64,000 bases of DNA from Gracilinanus agilis (GCF_016433145.1 NC_058132.1:618114382-618178381); one strand, 5' to 3'; numbered from the stretch's first letter, positions 21,904-35,427 are shown. The notes: generated by a model not told the origin, from the letters alone. Translations and numbers: made by a program.

Positions 21904-23149
21904 GTGCTCAACAATTACTTGTGGAATGATCTGTATTAGAAGGATTAAAATAATTTCTAAAAAAAAAAGCCAACCAAGGTGGGGAAAGAACACTGAATGT
22001 AGGGTCAAATCTGGCTTCTAATTCCAGTTCTGCCTCTTTCAACTTTGTAGGACTTTAGGCAAGTCAACTTCTTGAGCCTCTTATTTTCCTCCTTTGTGAA
22101 AAGGGTTTGGGAATAGATGATTTCTAAGGTTCTTTTCCAGTTTTCAAATTCTATGATCATGTGATTTTTCTTAATCATCCAGGTGGTGTTATGCCCATCC
22201 TAGACCTGAATCAGTTTTCTTTGATCAGGAAGTATATTCTGAAATGGGGTGTAGCTTTGGTCTTGTTAAAGGATTCTTAGATGAATGAGTTCACTCCCCT
22301 AAAATCCTGCATCACCCATTTTTGTTAGAATCATGGATTGACAGTCAGAAGCTACTTTAGAGGAAGGCTAGTTCAATTACCTCATTTTATAGGTAGAGAA
22401 ATAAAGATAAAGGTACTAAACCAATATAACACAAATGTCCAGGTACTTTGTCCTAAGGTGAACCTTGAAATAAGCTTAATTCTATAATATTCTAAATTCC
22501 AAAATAATTCTAAGAGATCGAGATGAAAAAGGAATACTAAGAAGAGATATTAAGATAAGAGAAGGAATGTTAATTATAAGGGAAAACATGAAGGCCAGTT
22601 TGAATATAAATTACTTTTTGTAACGTATCTCAGTCTAGAAAGGCTGGTCTTCATGTTAGATAAACTGGACATGCAGAGCACAGCCCAACTTGAAGACTCT
22701 ACAAATACATAATTAATGTGTATATACAAATAGTATGGTATTTCATGAACACAAGTGCTGATAAATATTTTATTTATTACACCTGATATATAATATTAAG
22801 ATGATGATTTTAACGTCCAGAAATCAAGAGCAGAGCCAGGAAGAGAATGAAATAAGTGAATATAAAGTCCTACATATAAGTGAATATAAATAGAATTATC
22901 TTGGAATTTAGACTATTATAGAATTAAGCTTATTTCAAGGTTCAAACTAAGATATAGGACCTAGACATTTGTGTTATTTTGGTTCATCTTTCTTTCCCTA
23001 CCTGTAAAATGAGGGAATTGAACTAGCCTTCTTCTAAGGTAGCTTCTGACTGTCAATCCATGATTCTAACACAAATGCAAGATTTAGGGGAGAGAACTCA
23101 TTCATCTAAGAATCCTTTAACCAGACAAAGCTACTCAAAATGGATAGTC

Positions 23150-23427
23150 ATCTGTTCATGTTTGAAGTCCTTAGATGTCTGGGTCTAGTCTGCCTTTCCT
23201 GTCTAAATTCAGCCATTCCCTTTCATAATTTCTACATTTTAGCTACACTGGCCTATTTATTGTTCCCTTGAAGATGATATTCCATCTCTTCTTTCTGTAT
23301 CTTTATATGTTGTGTCTCCATCCCTGGAAGACATTGTCTTCTCACCTTCACACATTAGAATACCAGCTTTCTATAAGAACTACTTCCACAACTACTTTCT
23401 ACTTGAGGCCTATCCCATTCCCTCTAG

Positions 23428-23474
<47 letters not shown>

Positions 23475-23505
23475 CATTAAAAATGTTTGTTAAATGAATG
23501 AATGA
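23150..23505 (+). mobile_element. L2 3' end containing an (AT)n
   Basis: actggcctatttattgttcc...tccctggaag...aaatgtttgttaaatgaatgaatga. Confidence 0.72.
23431..23473. repeat. (AT)21 microsatellite
   Basis: Direct reading. Confidence 0.97.
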
Positions 23506-24234
23506 CCAGGATAAAAATTCACAGTTAAAAATTGGTCTATTGAACTAATATACTTTGTAGGACCAGAAAGAGAAAAATCTATTCATCAAATGAAATAAAA
23601 GCCACTTTTATTCTGTGGTTATTACCTTCACTTTTTAGTTCTATCATCATCTACTTATTTAGATTATGAAAAATGGAAGCCTAAGAGTACATTTCTCAGA
23701 AAGGCCTAACATTTATTTCTTCAGTTCCCTAGCATGACACTGTTATCTTTCTCCAACTGGATTCTTTTTTTTTATTCTTTTTCAGCTAAAGTACAACTGT
23801 TCCTTTGGCCTCTGTAACTGCAAAAGGAATATCTTTCCATAAACACTTTCCATTGCCAATAGCACAGGAAATGTAAATGCAGCATATGGTGTCTGTTTCT
23901 CCATCTAATTGGCGGTAAAAAGATATAACAGCTTCAGTCCACGATGATAATGACTCCAATAGCTATTTCCTAAGAGAGGGCAGTCTCCTCTGGTTACCAC
24001 AGTGAGAATGGCTCAGCTGATTATCTTGTCACTAGAAGAGTTAAAGAAGATACCATTTAAATTCCCTTGGATGATGGAGAACTGAAAGACCTATTCTGTA
24101 GAAAAAAAGCATCTCTTCTATGAACAATAAATCAATATGTAAACTAAAATCTTATAGTAGGGGAGATGGAATTATTATGACAGGAGAACTAACAGTGCAA
24201 ATACATCCAAGCTAGTTGGTGTTATTAGGAATAA

Positions 24235-24460
24235 TGATGAACATATAAATTATTAAGGTTTGAAAAGTATATTATCCACGTTATCTCATTTGAGCTTCAT
24301 GATTAGCCTCTGAAATGGGCATTATTATCATCTCCACTTTTTATACATGAGAATACTGAAGATGAAGGAGGTTAAAGGATTTGCACAGGGTCACATACTA
24401 ATAAGGGTTGCAAGTGGGATTTGAGCTTAGGTTTTCCTGGCTATATTTTTATGCCATTCT
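24235..24460 (-). mobile_element. MIR
   Basis: ttatctcatttgagcttc...ggttaaaggatttgcacagggtcacatactaataag...gggatttgagcttagg. Confidence 0.75.
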
Positions 24461-24619
24461 TTCTAATCTTAAGCATGGTGTGAACATATCTTTTTGCACA
24501 TAGTTAACTAACTGGAAAGGAAAGGGAGATCAAAGGATACAATCAAAGAGTACAATCACTTTACCTCCTACATAATGTTTTGTAACAATTAAAAAGTGGT
24601 CTGGAGACTGGGCACCAAA

Positions 24620-24790
24620 NNNNNNNNNNNNNNNNNNNNNNNNNNNNNNNNNNNNNNNNNNNNNNNNNNNNNNNNNNNNNNNNNNNNNNNNNNNNNNNNN
24701 NNNNNNNNNNNNNNNNNNNNNNNNNNNNNNNNNNNNNNNNNNNNNNNNNNNNNNNNNNNNNNNNNNNNNNNNNNNNNNNNNNNNNNNNNN
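24620..24790. other. Assembly gap (171 N)
   Basis: Run of N. Confidence 1.
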
Positions 24791-25029
24791 TTATTTAAGG
24801 TAAGATTCGGTCCCAGACTAGCTCAGTGTCATTACCTCCATCTTGGGCTGTCAGTCTGTTCAAGAACAAAAGTAAAGAGCCCTCTCTCCCTTGTTGCTTT
24901 TTAAATTTCACTAGCTCCTTAGACATTGCACATTGATGCTAAAAATCACAGGGACAGTCCAGGGATGGACTCTGTATTTAGGATCAATGTCCCCTAGATA
25001 ATTTCCTTCACACATTTTTTTCTGGCCAT

Positions 25030-25550
25030 TTTTGAAGATGACCAATGACAAAAGATGTCTTCACTTGATCATAATTGGATTTAAGTGAGACAGAGTTGCA
25101 CAAAGTCATCAGCCTCACTCTTCCAGATTCATTGAAGTCCAGGGGCAGGACAAAAGTCAAGACAACTGGTTATGGCTTGAGATCCAGCAGATGACCTTGG
25201 CTTTTTCCTTTTCTAATCAAACTCTAAATGCACCACAGCATCTGATTAGCTGCTTTTGTGACCATTCAATCAAATTGTTCTCAATCATCCATTCCACTAG
25301 GAGCCAAGTTTTCCATGTTTGGGGGAGACATCCCCCTTACTCACCAATGACTTTCAAGTCTGTCAGTTACCCACTCCCCAATTTGGTTTGACCTATCTGC
25401 CAAGCTAGTTTTCCTAGTGTGTGACCACTGTGCATGCACCAGCTATTTGGAGTCACAAGTGAGAACTGGGTGACAGATTGACACCAAAGGTAAATGATCA
25501 GCCTTAAAATAGGCTCAGCAAGCTCTCACACCAGAGGTGCTAGTTGTCAC
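25030..25550 (-). mobile_element. RTE-related element, 5' region (RTE_Mars/WALLSI-like)
   Basis: aattggatttaagtgagacagagttgcacaaagtcatcagcctcact...gacaccaaagg...ctcacaccagaggtgctag. Confidence 0.7.
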
Positions 25551-27104
25551 CACATATATTCCCCTTCCTACATATATAAAGAAATGAAAGCCCAAATACT
25601 AATCATTAGACAAGATTTTTCTGAATATGATGGCTAATTTAAATAAAAATTAGGAACAACTAAAATCTAACTAAGCTCACATAACTATCAAGCAAATAAA
25701 AATACTGGCAATTCATTAAGCACTTATCAGGCAATTGTGTTTAAGACATTGATATTTTTAAAAATACTCGCCATCCCCTATATCATCAAATATCTTATAT
25801 TCTACTGTCCAAAAATCATATGAAAAACCAGTCCAATCCAGTGTCTAGGACCATTATCGACCTAGAATTGTATCATTCACATCAACAGGTCAGTTGATTG
25901 TACAGGAACTGGTTGTTATTAATGGTATCAAAACAAAGCAAATCAAAACTTTAGAAAACAGAGAACAAAGAAAGAGTTGAGTAGGATTTTTTAAACTCAT
26001 CATCAAATAGGGAATGTCTCATTGGCAACAATCCAACTACAAATCTTTGTATATATTTGTTTCACTTTGAGTAAGGTCCACTAACATTTTATGTTAAACA
26101 GATGGGTAAATTTAAAGACTATTTTCTTCATTTCACAGAGAACTTTTCCAAATAGGAAAGAGAAATGGGTACATTCTCATTGTTTCCAATATTTTCATTT
26201 GCCTTCAAAATCTTCTGTGGATGCCAGAGATTTGGTTATTCTTATGAGTTTTCTGTATTTCACTAGATACTATAACCTTAAAGAGAACCAATAAGGAAAC
26301 TCTTAGAAGTTGGTTAAAGGCTTTTAAAGGCAATAAAATTTCAAAACCATTAAGGGAGGAACATGTTTAAAATGTTTTAATCCAATCTGTCACACCTCTA
26401 CTTTTTCACAGGTTTTTAATTTTGTGGTAAAAAATATACTCTGGCCTGAAACTTGACATTCAGGTTACCAGCCTAGAAGAGACATTTTTTTTTTTGAGAA
26501 ACAATTTAAATAGTCTGTCAGGCTCCATGTCCTTTATTCTTTAGCCAAAGACATCTGGTAATTTTAGAATGTTTTATATTCTTCCAGTGCCATACAAGTA
26601 GACATTTATGTGCTCTGGCAGGCTACATTCTGTGATAAATCTGAGTGAATTTACATTACATCTCAGAACACCCTAATGAAGGAAGCTTGTTTACAAAGAC
26701 TAAAAAGGTCCTCAGAATTAAGGTACTGTAGAAATGCAAATGATTCTAACATAAATCATGTCTTTTAAAAAATATATATTTCAATTTCTTGGGATTTAAT
26801 GGAAGTTTCTTTGGGTTCAGTTCACAGGATTCTAGGGCCAGTGGGATTGAATGCTCTGCTTGATTGAAGCTCATGGGTTAAAGGTGAACTGCCAAAGAAA
26901 AACTGAGGAATATCACCCATTTCAATGATACTGTCTTTTTATGTAATTTCATTATACAATTAAACATTTCCTTTGCTGGTAGAGAAAAAAACAGGCTGAA
27001 AACATGCAGAAATTTGAAATGAAGACTGATGATGTCAGTACCTTTGCCAAAAATGCCAAGTCATGAATACTCAAACAATTTCTGTATAAAGATTGGACTA
27101 AAAT

Positions 27105-27215
27105 CAGATGCTCTGAACCTAGAGTCTGTGAACTTGTTCCTTTAAAGAAATGATAGCTATTTCAATATAATTGATTTTCCTTGTATCCCTATACATTTTC
27201 TTTTATATTCTTATA
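27105..27215. mobile_element. Charlie4a-like hAT MITE fragment
   Basis: gtctgtgaacttg...tatttcaatataattgattttccttgta. Confidence 0.5.
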
Positions 27216-28320
27216 TGTTATTGTGGGAAAGGGTACAAAGGAGTCAAGGGCACAAAGAAGGGTACAAATCCCTAGTCTAGCTGATCTTTGAGATTCCTAA
27301 TACCTTTTAGCTCCAACATTTTATGGCCCTGGAACTATCCCTGTGTTAACATTCTATAAAACCCATAATTCAACTGGAGCTGTGACATAGCTAAAGTATT
27401 CAGTCCATCTGCCCATAATGGATGTAGATACAACACTGTCATATCAACACTACCAGAATATTACTGATTTTTTAGCTATTTAGTAGTATACTCTGCTGAG
27501 AGAATTTACCATGCTATCTTTTTGGCTACGTAAATATATAGAATTGATGTCTTTTTTCTACCTTTGAGGAAAGAAACATTTGATTTCAAGTCCCATGAAT
27601 GTTCGATTCTATGTCTAGGTCAGGTATATGAAGTTAGCTTGATTTGAAGCTGAATAAGCATTCTTTTTTTCAGATTTTAGTACTATTCTTCCAAGAAGGA
27701 TTTAAGTACATACTGTTGATCTCTATTTTTAAAAATCTGAAGGAATGGAAAAAGGAAGAAATTTTCCCTTGCCTGTGGAATTAGTTCATATGAGTTTAAG
27801 CATAGACACTTTTGCCATCTTCCTGCCCATGCAGTTACCCTAAATTAGTAGTATTATAAGTTAACAACAGGGATCTTTGAAATGGGTGAGGGAATTAGGG
27901 GCAGTAGAGAAGATGGCTGACCTGCAGAATCAGGGCAAATGGCTAAAGCAGGAGCTGCCTTCTTTGGGGCTATACCATGCCTCATTTCTCCATTGAGAAA
28001 ATCTAGTCACCTCATTTATTCCTAACTCTTCTAAATTTAATATAGCTCCAGGTTTTGAAATAATTTCCAACATCATGTTATGAATTTCATAAAAGCCTGT
28101 GTTATAAAGTACCAGACAATCTGTCTGGATTGGAATAAAACATTAAATGAAAGGTTAAGGATGGGGAATGGGGAAGCCTTTGAAACAAGACTGCAGGAAA
28201 AGGACATTACTCTAGGACTTGAAATGGAGTTAGACATAGAACAAAGGACAAGTTGGGTTGAGCTTCCATTTTTTTTTTTGAGCTTCCATTTTTGCTACAT
28301 TCCTGGTTCTCTTTTCTTTG

Positions 28321-28321
<1 letters not shown>

Positions 28322-28366
<45 letters not shown>
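28322..28366. repeat. (TG)22 microsatellite
   Basis: Direct reading. Confidence 0.97.
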
Positions 28367-28367
<1 letters not shown>

Positions 28368-28559
28368 TCAGAATCTTGGTTTGAATTTTCAGCATGTCAT
28401 TTCCACCATTATTTTCTTCTCTGAATCCCATGCCTAAGACTATAATTATTAATTGTTGAATAACATTGATAGCCACTACATAAACAAGGTCTAATTAAAT
28501 ATAAGAAGGATAGAAATTGTTATATTACAGAAAATGCAGAAAGAATGGAGAATTTAGTG

Positions 28560-28880
28560 CTGTTATGGATATGCAAGTAAATTATTGCTGATTCCAACCC
28601 CATCTCTATTCCATTCCTATAAAGTTCCAGGGCATCTCCATGGGCAGTGCAAATTCTCAAAGACATGATAAGAAAATTTCTCACCCAAATACCAATAAGC
28701 ACACAGGCCTTGGTGAATAGTCACTAAGACAGAAACAAAACAATTATAAAGGCAGGTTTGTTTTAATGATTTTTGCCTGTTAGCCAATTGACTGAATGCA
28801 AGTGAGTTATTTATGGATTGATAGTTATTCAAAAAAATCATTTTAACCATAGCTATACATAGAAGAAACTATATAGTGGT
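28560..28880 (-). mobile_element. CR1/L3 RT remnant
   Basis: ORF 28617..28850 (..QLANRQKSLKQ..IHQGLC..) is weakly collinear with the CR1 W..NRTQRV..VPQGSVL region. Confidence 0.38.
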
Positions 28881-29019
28881 GTCTAGGAGAGAACTAAAAG
28901 ATCAAACGAAGAGCTAAGTAGACTTACAAATACCAGAGTAGATAAGATAGCCCAAAGATAATACCAGGATCCCCCAGGTAAGTGTAAGAAATAATTTAAT
29001 GCAAAAAATCAGAAACTAA

Positions 29020-29717
29020 AGGGATGCCCCTCATTTGGGGAATGGCTGAACAAAATGTGGTATATGATGGTGATGGAATACTTTTGTGCTCTGAGGAATG
29101 ATGAACTGGAAAAGAACTACATGATCTAATGTAGAGTGAAATGAGCAGAACTAGGACAAAATTATACAGAGTAACTGAAATATCATGCAATGATGAAGTG
29201 ATAGACTTTGCTACTAACAATAATACAATGATCCAAGACAATTTATTTAAAACCCTTACCTTCCATCTTGGTAAGAAGAGTGGTAAGGATAGGCAATGGG
29301 GGTCAAGTGACTTGCCCAGGGTCACACAGCTGGGAAGTGTCTGAGGGCAGATTTGAACCTAGGATCTCCCATCTCTAAGCCTGGCTCTCAATCCACTGAG
29401 CTACCCAGCTGCCCCTGATCCAAGACAATTTTGAGGGACTTTTGAGAAAGAATACTATCCATCTCCAGAGAAAGAACTGTTGGAGTATAAATACAGATTA
29501 TAACATATGATTTATCACTTGACTATTTAAGGTATGTGACATGGTGTTTTGGCTTTATAAGATTATTCACCTACAAAAAAATGAATAACATGGAAATATG
29601 TTTTACTTGAATGTATAACACATATAACCCAGACTGAACTGCTTGTCAACTCTGGGAGTGGGAGTGGGGGAAAAAGGGGAGGGAGACAAAATGAATCATA
29701 TAACTTTGGAAAAGTTA
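29020..29717 (+). mobile_element. L1 3' end interrupted by a SINE
   Basis: gggatgcccctcatttggggaatggctgaacaaaatgtggtatatg...ccagagaaagaactg...gaatcatataactttgga. Confidence 0.9.
29245..29415 (-). mobile_element. SINE1_Mdo-type SINE with an internal 3' deletion
   Basis: Perfect 16-bp TSD tgatccaagacaattt at 29229-29244 and 29416-29431. Confidence 0.95.
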
Positions 29718-29939
29718 NNNNNNNNNNNNNNNNNNNNNNNNNNNNNNNNNNNNNNNNNNNNNNNNNNNNNNNNNNNNNNNNNNNNNNNNNNNNNNNNNNN
29801 NNNNNNNNNNNNNNNNNNNNNNNNNNNNNNNNNNNNNNNNNNNNNNNNNNNNNNNNNNNNNNNNNNNNNNNNNNNNNNNNNNNNNNNNNNNNNNNNNNNN
29901 NNNNNNNNNNNNNNNNNNNNNNNNNNNNNNNNNNNNNNN
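29718..29939. other. Assembly gap (222 N)
   Basis: Run of N. Confidence 1.
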
Positions 29940-30491
29940 GATCTGAAATCAATAATTCTTCATGGAAGCAACAAGTAGAAATTTTAGAGGCAGAGAGATG
30001 TTCCATTTTTTATATAACTTAATGTGCTTTGTCTCTAGGCTAAATGTACTTCCATTTCCATATGTGTTCTATGTCTAAGCATATTCCTTAGATGCTGTCT
30101 TGTTCCCATGTGTCCTATTCAACTAAGTACATTCCCCTACATATCTCCCCTATTTTACTGATGTCATGGGAGCCTATGCAAGAATATGTTCCATTGAATA
30201 TTAGGGTTATTCCCATTAGTCTTTTATATAAACACTTTTTTGCTTTGAATCAATGTGTCTGCTTTTTAATCAACAGAAGAGAAACTTTGTTGAGGGTTCA
30301 TGAGCTATATATAATTTTGAAGAGATGCTGATGCAAAATGCATTTTAAACTCTAGTACAGCTTTCAAGGGTTAATGGTTGAGGGGAAATAGCCTCTAACC
30401 ATCAGCATCAATAGCATCAAACAAGTTCCTTAAAACCTTTCCCTTTCTAAATCACAATTTCATTAAAAACGTACAGTAAATTCTCTAATAG

Positions 30492-30746
30492 GAGACTATA
30501 TGAGGAAAAGGACTGTATATCCCATAAGGCTTCATGCATTAAAGAAAAATCTGATGGAGATATTTGCTTCTTCGGTGTCTATGGGACTTTGGATCATGGC
30601 ATCAAGAGGGCAGCAGAGATTGCCAGGAGGAAGAAAGAGACACTGTGCCATGTGGCAGAGAAACCAAGAGGCCCCAACTCATGAATCCAAAAAAAGGAAC
30701 AGATCTACATATGGGCCAGCCAATCAGGCAGTAACCCAACCTAAGA
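30492..30746 (+). other. Exon-like 255-nt purine-rich segment, unidentified
   Basis: ttctctaatag acceptor, AGA|gtaagt donor, phase 1-1 frame open (ORF 30500..30754); could equally be an old LTR remnant. Confidence 0.15.
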
Positions 30747-31669
30747 GTAAGTGAGCCAACAGAGCCAAGAAAATTGCCAATGTCTGCCACTTCCATGGAG
30801 TGACTGCAGCCAGGGAGTGAAGCAATCATTGCAAATTATGAGTGGTGAATATTCAAAGCTGCCAGTACTTTGCCCTGTTTTCCCAAGTTTGTAAGCAGGG
30901 CACCAGAGAGAAAGAAACTACCCTTCTTGCCTCTTCTTGGGAAAGGGAGAGTGAAAAGGTATGTATTTTTAGAAGGGTAATTATAAGGTTTTAGCTACTT
31001 TATGATTCCATTTTTTTTTCTAATTAATTGTCTTTGCTGATTCCATACCTTTGGTTGCCTGGATTTTGTTAGCAAGGTAAAACTGAATCTATAGATGAGA
31101 TGATTTGAAAATTCTGAGTTTTTGACTAGGATGGAAATGCAAGGCAAGTAAAAAATATTAATAGTATATTTTAATATATATATAGTCATATGTTGGGAAA
31201 ATATATTTTAAATATAAACTTATGTAATATTTATCTAAATTCCTATATATAGTAATTACATATATTAAATATACACATGTATCTATATATGCATAAATAC
31301 ATACACATATGTAAAACAAGTTTTCTCAGCACATATGACCTTAAACCCGTGAAGTGGCCAGTGCTGTCTGGAACAGCACTCAGCTTCCTCGCATATGTCT
31401 TCTGGGTTCAGTTCCTTGTCAAATATTTTGTAAAGCTCTTTGTCTAATCACTTCTTTTCTACCTTTACAATCCTTTCTCTTGAATTCTGGGAATGTGTTG
31501 AATCCTCTCAACAGAGTATAAGTTGTTTGAGGGGAAGATTATTTAATTTTCATTTTCTTTCTCTTAACTTGTTCTTAGTATAACATCTTACAAATAATAG
31601 ATGCTTAGGGAGATAGAATTTGTTTAAGGCAAACTAATGATTACAGTATGATGGTACAGTTAAGTTAAG

Positions 31670-32120
31670 TCCACCAGAATTTGCTTAGGGTTTACTCTGT
31701 ATCAGGCACTTTGCTAGGCACTGGGAATATAAGGAAAGGCAAAACCAGCATCCCCTCAAGGGACTCACATTCTAATGGGGGAGACAATCTGTAAAAAATT
31801 ATTACAGATATTAATTTGATGTAATGTAATCTGAGTGCAAAAGACAGGTGAGACAGTAATAACTTATAGGGAAAGACCTCTTCCAAGAGTTGGAGTTTGA
31901 ACTTTGTATTGAGGGAAGAAAAACTAAGAGGGGAAGGTAAAGAGGGAGAATAGATTCCAGAAATGGAGGACTACAGTACAAAGGTTCAGAGCTGAGGAAG
32001 GGAGAGCTCTGTGTAAGCAATAGCAAGTTGACCAATAGGAAATTATAAATGGATTATGTAATTATGTCTGAAGGTTGGGGAGTGGGAGGTACAAAGACTG
32101 GGAAGGTAGGAAGGGACCAG
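31670..32120 (-). mobile_element. L2 3' fragment
   Basis: tcaggcactttgctaggcactggg...ccctcaagggactcacattctaatgggggagacaa. Confidence 0.8.
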
Positions 32121-32879
32121 ACGAGATTTAAATTCAGGTCATTTGACTTCTGTTAATGATTTTCCCACTGTCCTATTGGCTGAACCAAACCTGACATAGA
32201 TAATTCCTATCAAGACTAGAATCTCTCCTCCTGACCCTGACTCATCTTTTCATGCAGCCTTCTAAACATCAAACAACATATTTTGATCTTACTTCAAGTA
32301 TTTCTTGGGACTCCTTCATTTTAACTCTTTTGCTATTCACATGTTCAGTCCAATGCAGTTGTGTTATAACAAAAGATCCCTAAGAAAGCCTTAACTTTCA
32401 TGGATAGATCAAAATTTGCATTTTGATCTAATCTTTATTATTTTAGTCTATTTTGGAATATATTGGGCATATTTTTAAAAAAGTAAACCTTAAAAAGGTA
32501 AATGATGTACATAGAATATAATAGGGTAGCAAGAGGCTTCCATGTCTAATATTCCTTCCCTGGGGAAAAAAACAAACAAAAAAACAACACCTATCCAAAG
32601 AAATGAGGGGAAGAAAAGAGGAAATGGCCAGGGAAGGGGTGAAGTTAGAAAAGAATCATACAAATAGCCCTGTACTAGTAAAATGAACTTATAGAATTTA
32701 AAATTTCAATAATTATCAAAAAATTAAACTACTTTTTCATCTAAAATTTTAAATGAGGTGGGTCAAAGAAATTTGATTTGTGAAAAAAAATCATCTTCTA
32801 CTTAAAGACAATTACATGGCAGACTAACTCTGTTGCAAACTAGAAATACCTAAAGGAAAAAGATTAAAGGCTTTTGGAT

Positions 32880-33060
32880 TAAGTGGTAGAAGGGAATATA
32901 GGGCTCATTTAATCCAACCCTGTCCTTTGAAAGATGAAAACCTGAGATTCAGAGCGATTAAGCCACTTGCCTATGGTTGCCCAGGTGGTAAATAACCACC
33001 AAGCTAGAATTTGTCCCAATTTCCTCTAAGCTCAGATCCAGTCTTTATTCTACTGTACCA
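32880..33060 (-). mobile_element. MIR/MIR3
   Basis: aatccaaccc...agatgaaaacctgagattcagagcgattaagccacttgcc. Confidence 0.65.
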
Positions 33061-33479
33061 AGCTGTAATAGTATTTTTCAAGATCATCATTAGAAAGTCT
33101 CCACTGGCAAGTAGTCTTTTAAGTTGCTATGGTTTAAAAAAAAAGATATTGTGCAGTCTAATTACTGATGAGCTACTTTTTAACTTGGCTAGACTGATTG
33201 TCAGTAAAAGTCATTTTACTCATCCCTGCACCTGGGCTGAAAGGCAAACTTGGCAGACTATTCCAGAGTATGTCTCCTGCTGAGAGTGTCTTGAGACCCC
33301 CGAGCCAACTTTGGGCCATGATATGATGAAACACTAGAGTTGGATTTTAGTCTCAAGGAGAATGCTAACCTTAGGAAAATGGTTTATGGTGCAAAAGTGG
33401 TAGTGAAAGAATCAGTGGCAATGGTAAGGTCCTAAAAAAGGTGTGAGATATGACAAAACAGTGAATAGACCCCTACTAC

Positions 33480-34130
33480 TGATTCAACCACTCCATCAAT
33501 ATTTCTTAAGATTCAGGCTTTGTGCTAGGAACTGGGGATATAAATCCAAAAAATGAAATATTCCCTGCTCCCAAGGAACTTACATTCTAATGGGAAGATA
33601 ATATATATGTATGTGTATGCATATAAACATGTATACACATATGTATAGATATAAACAGAAGAAACATTAAGAAAATAAATACCCATAAATGCAAAATTGT
33701 TAAACACAAGGTAATTGGAAAGGGAGGGCATTTGCATTTGAAGGAATCAGGAAAGGCTTTAGGTAGAAGGTAATGCTTGAATCTTATTTCAAAAAGAGTA
33801 GATGAGTCAGAAGTGTACATTCTAGGGATTGGAAAAAGCCAGAACAAGAGTGATAAAATGGGAAATAGTGTCCTATATTTAAGGAATAGAGAGAAGACAA
33901 GTATCAGAGTCTAGGAGAGGGAGTAATAGAGGGTCTTAGGGCAGTTTTATGTTTTAATAGGTTCATTTGGATTAAGACTTTTGGGACATCCTATATGCCA
34001 TAAAAGTGGGATGATAAATTAGAAAGGATTTTGAAATTGAAGTAGAAAGGTTTGTGTTAGATTCTACAGATAGGAATTCACTGGAGTTTTTTGAGTAGAG
34101 GAGTGACATGATCTGATCTCCACAACAGCC
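33480..34130 (-). mobile_element. L2 3' fragment
   Basis: tgtgctaggaactggggatataaa...cccaaggaacttacattctaatgg...ctggagttttttgagtagaggagtgacatg. Confidence 0.8.
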
Positions 34131-34319
34131 TTCTATTTTAGATTAGTTTTAAGAGAGTAAAATCTCTGATTCTTATCATGTAAGTTAATAGAAAAATATG
34201 ACACACACAAAAAAGCTTCTTACAGTGTCCTGAATTTGACCACACCTATTCATACATATAAAGTGAGAGAAGAGGCATTATCTTCTAAATTAGCATTACT
34301 GATAGGAGGAAAAATGCAC

Positions 34320-34870
34320 TTAAGCGTGAAAACAGTATCTTGAGTATAAGGGGAATTGCTTGACAGTCAGTGAAAAACAGTATGAAATTATCAAGCAAGT
34401 ATTCATTTTCGTTTACATTTAAATTTCCAGAAGAAAAATAATCTTAAAATGATCCCAAACATTTGGAGTACTTCCGAATTAGTATTCTTTGAAGCGTGAA
34501 GATAAATTGAATCCAGGATGATGCCACAAAAGCACCAAAAAGTCATAAAACTGCTGAGTGCATACAACTGTTGAATGTTTAGTCTATGAGCTCAGCAAGT
34601 TTCCTTGGACCAAGAAGATGGAGATTTTATTGCAGATGGGCAGAATGTTTTAAGTTAGTGCAAGGCTGTCAGTTTGAGAGGCCTGGGCGGCTTAACGTCT
34701 CGTACCTTGGTTAATTCCTAAAATACAAATGTCAACCACACTTAATTGGGAATGAACTTTTAGTTCATTGTAAAGGGTTATAAAAGAATAAATGCTACCT
34801 CCCTTGGTTTCAGTCCCCTACATCACTGTGACAGTCGGCTATGGGTGAACACTTAATAAGCTGCTTATCC
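34320..34870. promoter_or_regulatory. TE-free, CpG-retaining island; candidate conserved non-coding element
   Basis: About 8 CpGs including gggcggcttaacgtctcgtacc; TTAATT motifs; no recognisable repeat. Confidence 0.3.
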
Positions 34871-35427
34871 TAGTAAACTTTTATGTTAGGCAGCTGGGAA
34901 ATCCCAAGGATGCAATATGTTCAACAACACAGTAGTTTGGAGTAGCAAATTTTCATGCATTATCTTGAAAGTATTTATTTTTCTATATTTTTTGAAGGAC
35001 CTACAGACTTTGGGAAAGATGTTACTCTGATCAGATGCTAATGATTCCCTAGGTATGTGGGTGGGGGGTAACTTTTCATAATCACTGGACATTAAAAGAG
35101 TCCAAATGTTAATTTGGATTTATGGCTTACCAAGCCAGTGACTTGGTTGTTTAATCTCTATTTCCTTCACAATAAAGGCACTCAGGGATCAAATCTAAAC
35201 CTGGCACTCTTTGCTAGGTCTAATGTAGGTCCACATGGGGGTCCTTTTCTTGTTTATGTTTAATTGCATTCTCAGGACCACACGTGTTCCTCTGATTGTT
35301 TACCACTCTCCAGGACCCTCCCCCTATTCCATTACTGATCTTTTATTTATTCATTTTAACTACATAGGGTCCAATGTGCTTACAAAGAATTAGACCCACT
35401 TATACACTTCCCATGATTTTTCACTAC

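Noticed and set aside
23785-23962. 58-codon ATG-less open frame on the minus strand
   Set aside because: No convincing splice-site pair; this length is expected occasionally by chance
28260-28293. Tandem gagcttccatt(t)n duplication
   Set aside because: Ordinary slippage next to poly-T and (TG)n, or an assembly artefact
30560-30600. FFGVY..DHG resembling the PP2C FFGVYDGHG motif
   Set aside because: Spacing is wrong and no other PP2C motifs are present
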